Origin: Pseudogymnoascus verrucosus | Lineage: Eukaryota | Assembly (NCBI GenBank): GCA_001662655.1 | Contig: KV460213.1 | Length of the DNA: 64,000 bases | Direction: 5' to 3' (one strand) | Shown here: positions 34,447 through 44,259 of the stretch, in pieces | Position numbering within the stretch: position 1 is the first letter of the stretch | How the letters are laid out: each line of letters begins with the position of its first letter | Notes under the pieces: model-generated | Seen by the model: the letters and a program-made list of their open reading frames with translations, nothing else | What the model was told of the DNA's origin: nothing | The model's database searches: none | Position numbers and translations under genes: made by a program

Positions 34447-37400
34447 TCACATAAACGCACCACTTCCACTTGGGGTTGGTCTAATTGGGCCATCACGGAC
34501 AGCAAAACCTCCCTCAAAAGTTTCACCGGGTATCCCGGGGACCCAAGTTGGTATGCCCATGGCCGACATATTTTCTTGTGCAGTCTCGGCAGGTAGCCAT
34601 AAGCCGTCAAAATCGGGCATAAAGCCTGGCCAAAACGAATCCATGTTAGCCCCTAAATCATGTTGTTCCCACATGAGGGCCATATTTGGCATGAATTCGC
34701 CCGAATTTGTATTGTAGTGTTCCTGAGGGACATGTGAGGGAAATTGTTGTTGTAGAACAGCAGCGAAAGCGCCTTGAGGTTTTCGTCGAAAAGAATTGGT
34801 GGCAACTGTAGATGTTTGGACATTATCGGCTACTCTTGTTGAATACAAAGAGTTTCTGGAATCAACTGATTCCTTCTCATCGATATTTTGTCGTGTTAAG
34901 GCGTAGATTGAGAGTGGATTAAGGACGTTTTCGGGGGTTTCCATAGGTGGACTTGCGTAATCAACTGGCCTACGGAGTTCTTGTAAGCAGGGTCTCAAAA
35001 TGTGAAATATAGAGGTGGGGCATACCTTTCAATATCACTAGAGTCAAGTTGCTCGTCTGTACCAGGGGCGCCTTCTACGAGATGTGACCCGATTCCAGCC
35101 TTCCTCATGAGAGATGTTGCAGCAGCATACTGTACACATATTAGAACAATAATAGTAAGGAATGGCAGTACTTACACATCTCTCTGCAGTTGTAAACAGG
35201 GGAATCATGAGTCGCATTGCCCTCATATTTGCCTGAAAAAGTGGTATAAGTTCCAACACTAACTCTCTGCTGTTGCTCTGGTTGCGATCGACTCCTTGAA
35301 CGCTATAATACAGCATCGTCCTTGTGCTCTCAAACGCACAAGTGCATAGCCAGGTGTCAGCTAGAAATCTTGCGCCGTGACCAACGGCTTTCATGAGGAT
35401 TCGGGCTGCATCTTTGGAGTGCTCAAAGCATTTGCGCTGATACAGAGCTCGAAATGTTTGTTGATTCGGTGTTGACTCAACTGACAGTCGGGTCCTAAGT
35501 AACCCTGGTAGGAGCACCGGCATGGATATTCGATAGAGGTCGCAGAGCGTAATGTGATAGGCACAGTGTAACACAAATAATGCACCAAGTTGACTGGAAT
35601 CCTTGCGGGTGTATATAGATGCTGTTGTGAGGCGTAGGGACGGGGGAAGCGAATTTAACCAATCCTCACAGGATTCGTCGAGGCTGGAAAATTCAGCATC
35701 TGGCAGTTGCAGTTGTTGTGTAAGATCGATCTGTTTGATATATCTATATGGGGAGTCAGTATACCACATACACATAATACTTGGATTCACGAATCTTACC
35801 TTAGAATTTTCTTTCTTATCCCAGCAATCCGGGCAAAGTATGCGGCAATCCCCATATTGTTGGTTGGGTCCAGAGGTCGGAGCTCTGGTGGTATAAATTT
35901 CAAAACTTGACCCCTCGTCAATGTTTCAGTGATACTCGGGATTTGCTGAACAAAATTCCGTTCGTGACAGGGTAGTTGAACCTTCACATCACAGTCGGCA
36001 ATGAGCGTGAGCTGATCAACACCACTACCGACCCAGCTATCTGCAACATAGCAGCTCCACATAAGCCGGCGTCGAGATTCCCTCACACAAAAAGGCATGT
36101 TTGACGGCTCAGTGCAGAGAATATCAGTCGAATATTCGAGGTTGATTTGAAGAGCTTGCAACATTCTAGTCGCAGCGCCGCTAATCATGAAGGCACCAGA
36201 ATAGTTTCCAACACGAAGTTCGTGGTCATAGAGTAGTATCGTCGCCTGAGGTCAAACGGTTATTGTGAGTGTGGTGTATGCTGATTCAAGAGATATGAAC
36301 TAACCATGAGATTTTCCACGGAAATATTATTCATGTTGCCAAATATCTGTTGTTGCGCAATATCTGCCCACTGGCTACCTGACGCGAGAACATTTTTGGG
36401 ATCGATTTCTTTCTCATAATTAAGTGTTTCCAAGGCATAGAACCTATCAAACTATTAATGCTAGTATATAGAGTAAGGGTTCACTCTTCGCTTACTTTGC
36501 TCCAAGGGCGCATATCACATGGAGAAGGGGTCCGTTCATATGTGTTATGGCAGGATCCTGATCAAGCCTCTCCATAAAAGAGGGCCTGTGTATAAAAGAA
36601 TAGCAGCGCAAGGGGTGGATATTTGTGAAGTAACTGTCTACGAGCTGATATATTATTTCCTTTCTTGGGAGCGACGAGGAGAAAAGCCTTCACGGATCAG
36701 TAGACACCCATAAGCGTGAATGTGGGTGGAATGCACTAACCAACCGGGCAACTCAGCTCCTCGCACATCCGAACTGCCATCATTTGGGCTTGGAATTTCG
36801 TCGTCAGCTTCTAGGACAGTATTGCTCTCATCTTCTTCTCTGCCCCCAGGCAATGTCCTGCTCCTGGTACCATTCCGAAGCTGCTGAAGAACGATTTCCC
36901 TTTGGGGACTTTGGCGAGAGGATATACTTTCGGTCTGCCTGGTCCGTGCACGATAAGTGCACGAAATTCCTTTCCCCAAACACCTTTCGCAGGTAGGCTT
37001 GTCACCGGAACATTTTGTCTTGCATGAGCGACAAGAGTTACAAGATCCCCGGAGCCTTCTTCTTTCAAGGCCAGCTTCTGTCAAGTCGGTTTGCGCATGA
37101 AGATCTATCCTCTTGAGCTTGGGTGCGGGACCCCAGGAATACCCCCCACATGACAGGCCTCTACGAGCACAATTCATGCATGAGCGAGGACGTTCATCGC
37201 ATTTTACCTGTAGCGCCTGATTAGCAAACATAGTGATGACTACAGAGTGGTTGTTGCACCCACCTTGCGGGCCCTACATGTAATGCAACCTTAATTCACG
37301 CATCAGTGGAGACCTTTGCGGAGAATTGGGACAGCTGAAGAACCGGTGTAGAGTAGCTCAACACTCATGTTCGACTAACCTGACCGAGACCGCTCTCCTT

Positions 37401-37533
37401 TTTTGGGGTTTACCACATAGGGCGGACCAGATTCCGTTTGGATTATCTGTTGGAGCCCATGACCCGCCTGTTCGATATTCGAACCGGTTGGAGGATTCGT
37501 ATCGTCTCCCACGGTCATTGACTCGGGACCCAT
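34447..37533 (-). CDS. Transcription factor with two tandem Zn(II)2Cys6 domains and a fungal_TF_MHR region (candidate cluster B regulator)
   Basis: Spliced cluster 1 GCITCRARKVKCDERPRSCMNCARRGLSC and cluster 2 SCNSCRSCKTKCSGDKPTCERCLGKGISC; RESRRRLMWSCY in the MHR. Many introns. Confidence 0.9.
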
Positions 37534-37703
37534 GACAGATGTTAGCTCCAGCACCACCCGAGAGCTTCAAATCAAATATTAGCGGCAGCAGCACTCGGAT
37601 TTCTGAATTTCAGTCCATCGACACGAGATGCGATTGATATAGCAAGAATACACGCAATTGTTGCTTCCTATGGCGATTTATGAGCACGCAATGGTTCGGC
37701 TAT

Positions 37704-37717
37704 CGGGTCGATACCCG
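37704..37717 (+). promoter_or_regulatory. Cluster B motif CGGGTCGATACCCG in the divergent TF/transporter promoter
   Basis: CGG-N8-CCG, 12/14 identical to the reverse complement of 33032-33045. Confidence 0.7.
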
Positions 37718-37935
37718 GAAGCGAGTTTCTGGTAACGTGTGGGGAAATTTATTTGGGATCCCCTTCGCCATGTGCTCCGTGCCCCTTCGCCATGCGCTGC
37801 CTGCCTCAAAGGTACAAAAGAGATGCCATTGGCCTACCTGTTGTCGGGTTCAATATGGAGTGTGTCCTGGGCAGTCCTAGCTGAGACTTCAATATTTAAC
37901 GTGAATCACACGGCGATCTTGCCCCCAAGTCAATC

Positions 37936-39817
37936 ATGGCGAAGTTCCGACTCAGTAACCTCTATGTTATCTCTGCGTTGGCCACCATCGGTGGTCTAAT
38001 TCAGGGGTTTGATGTGTCGAGCATGTCTGCAATTATTGGAACGGAGAAGGTGCATCCTTTTTGATTCTTTCGAGTTATTCAAACTGACATCACCATAGTA
38101 CAAAACGTATTTCAACCACCCAAATTCTGTTCTTCAAGGTGGCATTACAGCTAGCATGGCTGGTGGCTCCATGCTTGGCTCCATGTTCTCTTCGATCACG
38201 AGTGATCGGATTGGACGAAGAGACACCATGTTTATTGCATGCTTAGTCTGGCTAGTGGGCTCATCCGTAATGGCTGCTGTTCAGAATGTTGCGATGCTCA
38301 TCGTAGCACGAATTATCAATGGATTTGCTGTTGGAATGTTAACAAGTCAAGGGTACGTAAGTGAACTAAATGAAATCAAAACAATTTCTAATGGCAGTGT
38401 CCAACAGTCCAGTCTTTATTGCTGAAATAAGCCCTTCAAATCTGCGGGGCAGACTTATATCTCTCCAGCAATGGATGATTACTTGGGGAGTGAGTTTCTA
38501 ACCCAGATATATTACTTCAAAACTTATTTCTCATGCTCCTACAGATCCTCATTATGTACTTCGTATCATACGGCACATCATTCGTCCATGGCACGGCTTC
38601 TTTCCGCCTGCCTTGGGCACTTCAAATGATTCCTGCTCTTGTCCTACTTGTCTTTTTGCCAATGATGCCGCGATCTCCTCGATGGCTGGCAAGTAAAGAC
38701 AGGTGGGAAGAGGCCACGGAAGTTCTGGCAAGATTACATGCTGGTGGAAATCAATTGGATCCTTTGGTTATCGCCGAGGTCAACCAAATCAGAGAGGCTA
38801 TCAGGTACGATAACGTGCCACTATATTCCAGGTTATACATAATAGCTAACGCCTGCGCAGGATGGAAGCCGAGTTCAGTAGCGTCTCCTGGGGTGAGGTG
38901 TTCAAACGCCACAATATCGTCCGAACGACTTGTGCTATATTCTCCCACGTCTGGTCGCAATACACAGGCACCAATGCCATGATGTTCTACATCGTATACA
39001 TCTTCCAAATGGCAGGATTAACGGGCAACAATGCCTTAATCTCAGCTTCCATCCAGTATATAATCAATGTCGTCATGACGCTCCCTGCGCTCTTATACAT
39101 GGATCGCTGGCCAAGAAGGAAAGTTATGATGTCTGGATCGTTTATCTTGGCAGTTCTATTGTTCACAGAAGCTGCAATCATGGCTAAATATGGAGAACCT
39201 GTCCCAGGTGGGTTGAACGGTGTTCCTACCGTAACCTGGGTGGTACGCAATAAGAAAGCTTCCAGGGCTATTATTGCTTGCTCGTACCTATTCATCGCCA
39301 CCTATGCACCCACGTGGGGCCCTGTGGGCTGGTAAGAAATTCATTCATTTCGTACTGAGCAATCACTCACTGGATTTAGGGTCTACCCGCCGGAAATTAT
39401 ACCTCTTTATATTCGTGGTAAGACCGTGAGTCTTGCAACGTTTTTCAACTGGGCCATGAACTTCTCTCTCACATTCTTCACGCCTCCTGCATTTCAGCAC
39501 ATCCAGTGGAAGGTTCGACTCAATTTTCCCATTCACATTTGCGGACGACTAATTATGAATAGACATTTCTCATATTCGGAACGCTCTGTTGTTGCGCCAT
39601 TGTCCATGTTTTCCTCCTGTTTCCAGAGACATGCGGCAAAACATTGGAAGAAATGGACGATATTTTTAATGAGTCGATTTGGGCGTTTAAACAAAAAGGC
39701 AGCGGCAACAAACTTGAAAGGGATGTACAAGCCGCCGCGGAGATGTTAAAGGGAAAGGACTATGCTAGGAGCCAGGACGCTGTTGAAGCTACTGGTAGCG
39801 TGGATCAGAAGGTTTAA
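37936..39817 (+). CDS. MFS sugar porter family transporter (high-affinity hexose transporter-like)
   Basis: IGGLIQGFDVSSMSA, SDRIGRR, AEISP..RG, PRSPRWL, QYTGTNAMMFY, WGPVGWVYPPEI, PETCGKTLEEMD. Multiple introns. Confidence 0.93.
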
Positions 39818-40127
39818 TTAGCTGTAATAAGGGAGATGCTGGAAAAAAATATATAGCGCCAGAGTTACAACGTAGGGGGTAATCAAGGGTACTTTAATCA
39901 AATATTGGTAGCTCAATGTAAACTGAAACGTGGTGTCCAAATTGTGGTATCGCTCGTTTCCGTTTTACTTCAGAACTCTTTCTGACAATCTACCATAGAG
40001 CAACTTGAGCGAGGTGTTGAATACTTATTTTAAAAAGATTAATTGGTATAAATTGTATTGGTTCTATATCTGTCCATCGCCCCCAGTAATGCATACATTT
40101 TAAGTGTGTCTGGACTCAACCTTGTGA

Positions 40128-41639
40128 TTAAGCTGACCGCTGTCCTACATTTTCGGGTGACCAGCAGGCAACATCTCGATTCCCCGGGTTATCAACATCA
40201 ATCTCAAACCTGTCTGGGATCTTGAGACCGGCATCTATGTGATGTTGGTTCATTGCCACGGAAACACCATCTCGATAGAGCCAAGCATCGTTTGTCTTTA
40301 ATTGCCAGGCCTCTAATTTCGTACGGTACTCTTTGATCACATTCTCGTACTCTTCGTTTAGTGCCAAGTTATTCACTTCTTGCGGATCCTTCTCCATATC
40401 GTACAACTCCTCCTGAGGGCGCCATATGTAGTTTTTTAAGGAGCGAGGACCGAGCATCACTGGCGGCGGAGTGTTGCGGATGCCGTCCCAGCTCAAACTT
40501 CCGTACATATCGCTGGCAAACGGAAAGTCGAGTCGCCAAGCAAGATTCCGATGGTACTTATATCGCCTTGAGCGAAGGTAGCGAGTAGGCCAGTAGTTCT
40601 GTACCTCATGAAAGGTATGCGACCCGAATACGTGATGCTGCCACTTCTCTTCAGGCAAGAGCTCTTTGGCATCAAGAATTTGGAGGAAGGATGTTCCAAG
40701 TCTTGCTGGTGATCTACTATTCTCAGACAGCACATGGCCCTTTGCGCCAGCCCAGTCCAGGAGTGTTGGGAAGAAATCGATGTATGAGATCATGTTTGGG
40801 CTCACAACGCCGCCCTTCAATTGGGGGGCTCGAACTATGACTGGAAGGCGGATGCCAGCATCGTACAGTGTCGTCTTCGAATTGATAAATGGCGCGCCGT
40901 TGTCGCTAACAAAGCAAACTAGTGTGCTATCTGACAGACCTTGCCTCTCCAAAGCATCAAGGATCAAGCCCACGCCAGCATCTAGACGTTGAATGGACTG
41001 ATAATATTCGACAAGCTCAGTGCGAACCTCTGGTAGGTCATTCAAAAATGAAGGGATTTCCACGTCCTCAGGTTGAACCGTAGTGACCTTCACCCTAGCG
41101 TCGCCAAAGTCTTCGTTTCCAAATCCAGACCGAGTTAAGTCACGGTGGGGATCGATGTATCCCACAGTCAGGTGGAATGGTCGATCGGTCTCTTTTGCTT
41201 TTTCAAAGAAGGACTCTGCTCGGTCTGCAACCCAGCCAACATTTCTGGTCCCACTTTCTTCGCGGATCTCCCACGGATAGGACGAGGCCGGCCCAACGTG
41301 CACTTTTCCAATGATTCCTGTCTGGTAACCGAGAGAGTTAAACACAGCAGGGACAGTCTCGATGTAATCAAATGTGGCGAAGTGGTGCCTCTCACAGGCT
41401 AGACCGTATTGCCCGTTTTGGTGAGTGTGTAGGCCAGTATACATGACTGATCGACTGGCGCTGCATGATGCCGTACTGGTGAAGGCCATATCAAACTGAG
41501 TGCCTTGTGATGCCAACAAGTTGATGTTTGGAGTCTTGATATTCTTGGCGCCATAGCAATTGAGATATTTTCCGAGGTCATCTGCAATGAGGAACAGAAT
41601 ATTTTTCTTTTGCCCAGAGGCATCCCGTGATTCAGCCAT
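40128..41639 (-). CDS. Formylglycine-type sulfatase, N-sulfoglucosamine sulfohydrolase (sulfamidase)-like; intronless, no signal peptide
   Basis: NILFLIADD; FTSTASCSASRSVMYTGLHTHQNG; GIIGKVHVGP; DPHR; SDNG; HEVQNYWPTR; ELYDMEKDPQEVNNLA. Confidence 0.9.
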   Translation of the reverse strand: MAESRDASGQKKNILFLIADDLGKYLNCYGAKNIKTPNINLLASQGTQFDMAFTSTASCSASRSVMYTGLHTHQNGQYGLACERHHFATFDYIETVPAVFNSLGYQTGIIGKVHVGPASSYPWEIREESGTRNVGWVADRAESFFEKAKETDRPFHLTVGYIDPHRDLTRSGFGNEDFGDARVKVTTVQPEDVEIPSFLNDLPEVRTELVEYYQSIQRLDAGVGLILDALERQGLSDSTLVCFVSDNGAPFINSKTTLYDAGIRLPVIVRAPQLKGGVVSPNMISYIDFFPTLLDWAGAKGHVLSENSRSPARLGTSFLQILDAKELLPEEKWQHHVFGSHTFHEVQNYWPTRYLRSRRYKYHRNLAWRLDFPFASDMYGSLSWDGIRNTPPPVMLGPRSLKNYIWRPQEELYDMEKDPQEVNNLALNEEYENVIKEYRTKLEAWQLKTNDAWLYRDGVSVAMNQHHIDAGLKIPDRFEIDVDNPGNRDVACWSPENVGQRSA

Positions 41640-41753
41640 TTTCGGAGTACGTCTTGGATCAAAGTCTACATGATGTCGCCTTGGATCCTGCGTGCCTCCC
41701 TATTTATGCGCTCTGACAACCTTCACTGGCAACACGCTAATGGTTGGTGTCTA

Positions 41754-41774
41754 CGGATCTCGATGCGACACCCG
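41754..41774. promoter_or_regulatory. Two overlapping near-matches to the cluster B motif upstream of the sulfatase
   Basis: CGGATCTCGATGCG at 41754-41767 (12/14 to 33032-33045) and CGATGCGACACCCG at 41761-41774 (10/14 to 37704-37717). Confidence 0.6.
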
Positions 41775-42042
41775 GTCGAGAATGCGGGGAGCATCTCGGG
41801 GTTTAGTTTGTCGTGGGGCCGCTAATAGTTTACGCAATACCCTTGTTTTGGCCTGCGTGAAGTGGATTTGATAAGCGGCAGCGATATTTTCTGGAAAAGT
41901 ATTTACGAGAAGATGCGACGATGTAATTTCTCAAAGAGAAGAGAAATTTACGTGAAAAAGTTGGTCGAGGGGTAAGAATAATGTGCTGCATGTCAATAAA
42001 ACTTTCCAAATAGTGCTGTGTGTCAGTATATGTTTTATTTCT

Positions 42043-43638
42043 TCAAAAGTAAAATACTTTCGCGAATGCTTTTAGATCCTTATATGATGAGGTAGTTGGC
42101 GCAAGTGCTGCCCATTCCTTGATACCTACTCCTCCGAACTGACCGCCCCAGCCAGAAATCATTAGAATGGCCCTTAAAGAAGTAGTTGAGACTGTCTGAA
42201 AGCTGACTTCTTCCGGCGAATCAGTGACATTGGTCGGATACGCCCCAGAACTTGTTACCGAAACCGCCGTCCACGACCCTGCAGACATGAGATACTCCAG
42301 CTTCCATGACGCTGGCGGCGGGACCCCGATATTTGATCCCGTAGGTTGATCTGCAAAAAACGCCATGGTTGCACCATTAACCTCCACCGCTGTGTCTCAT
42401 TCATACGTTAACGTACTTGTCTCTGGCGATTGCTCTGCGGCGTACGAGCACCAGTAGTCAGGCGGTAATGGGTTTGCTTCGACCCGCTCATCATTGATAG
42501 CCTTGATCCAATACTGGATTGGAGTAGCATTTGTAGATGATGGCGTGGCACATAGGGCGATATTACGAGTTGGCTCGTTGGCAGACGCTGGTCGATGCGT
42601 TTGCACCACTGTTAGAATTGAAGGCGGAGAGGTCGTATCATCCCATGTGAGCTTATCGAAGGCAATGCTGCGCCGGAAATGAGTACCACCCACTGCATCG
42701 CGCGTATGGTATGTGATGAACCATTCATTGCCAAGTTGATACACACCAGGATGAGATGTCGTCGATGAGACAATATCAAGAACGATGCCGCGGAATGTCC
42801 TTGGACCAAGGGGGCCTGACGCTGTTCCATAGGCTATACAGGCATGATGGCTGGTTGGCGTACAAGGTGAACTTCCTCCTGCATTTTTGGCTGCATACAG
42901 CATGTAGTAGGTACTGACAAGTTTCATGAGCCATGGAGCCTCGAAATAGCCCGTGAGAGAGTTGACCTTGGTGACTGCGCCTTTGATTGTAATCATATCT
43001 GACTCTAATTCATAGCCCAGGAGCTGGCCAAAGGTGCCGAAATAAATAAACACCCGGCCATCCGTATCAACCAAAACTGTTGGATCAATGTTCTGGATGG
43101 TATTACCTGGAGACGGCACGCCTTGCGATATGATCGGACCGGAAGAGCGGGCATCAGTGAAGGGACCGAGAATATCGCTTGAAACAGCTACCCCAATAGC
43201 AAAGGGATCCGAGGCCCCGCTGTTGGCTTGTGTGACTGGAGCATACATGTAGAATTTGCCGTCGGCACCCTGGACAACCTGACCTGCGTAAGCTGTACCT
43301 GTTTTTGCCCAAGAAAATACACTACCCGGTTGTGCTATATTTTGATGGAGCAACCAACTACCTCCACTCAGATCCGGGTTTTGGGCCTCGAAACTCTTCC
43401 ATTCATTCATGATAAAGCCATTTTCAGTAGCACCCGCCCCGTCTCGACCAGATAGAATATAGACGGTTTCATCTATTACAATCGGCGCAGGGTCTGCTGA
43501 GTAAATAAATCCATCGGCAAGAATTGGGTTTCCAGTTGATATAATAGTTGTAGTCTGGCGGCGGAGGTGGGGGGATGCGACAACGGAAGATCGGACTATG
43601 AACGACAAGGCAAGTGCCACGGCCACTAACGGTGCCAT
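42043..43638 (-). pseudogene. Secreted GH43 beta-xylosidase/arabinofuranosidase with an in-frame stop in the C-terminal accessory domain
   Basis: Catalytic motifs SADPAP, NIDP and YFEAPW are present. TSTLTYE*DTAVEVNG has TGA at 42397-42399, with the same frame continuing to 42043. Confidence 0.8.
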
Positions 43639-44259
43639 AATGAGAAGTGATTGGGACAATAAGATGGACATACGATCTAATGACTGAAATGCGGGGTTGA
43701 TTCTAAATGCCGAAGGTAATATAGTCCAGTTGGCCTGCTTGATACTACTAATTCGAGTGTGTATGACAGATCAATTATGACTCTGGAACGGCTCGTATCA
43801 TGCATAAGGCTTCAGCTACCTGCCTTGTTAGGCCGTTTAGTCCTGTGACTACTTTATTATAATCCGTTTCATTAATATATTTCTGTGGGCTGAATGAAGG
43901 TTGCCGGGCTGCTAATTGAGTGTGTTGGGGTCTCGTGTTTTAACTCTTTCGTTCCATGGGTGATCTCTTCCTCAGGTAAACTTGGAAAATAGAATCTCCG
44001 CATAGGCTATATTAATACTTTATTAGTTAGTCCACCACTAAAGTTTGTTTTGCATAATGGCGTTTGCTTTTACCTCGCGGCGACGAGAATGTTACCTGCT
44101 TAATGGGGAAAATTTAATTACTAATGGCCGACGCATTTTGATATCCTTTTAAAACCCGCTGCTGCCATGAACATGCGGACATTAATAACTGAGTAATTAG
44201 CTCCTCGCGTCTTTGTCTACGTGCCGTCAGTTTGAACCTTCAAGTCATCTAATGCGATT

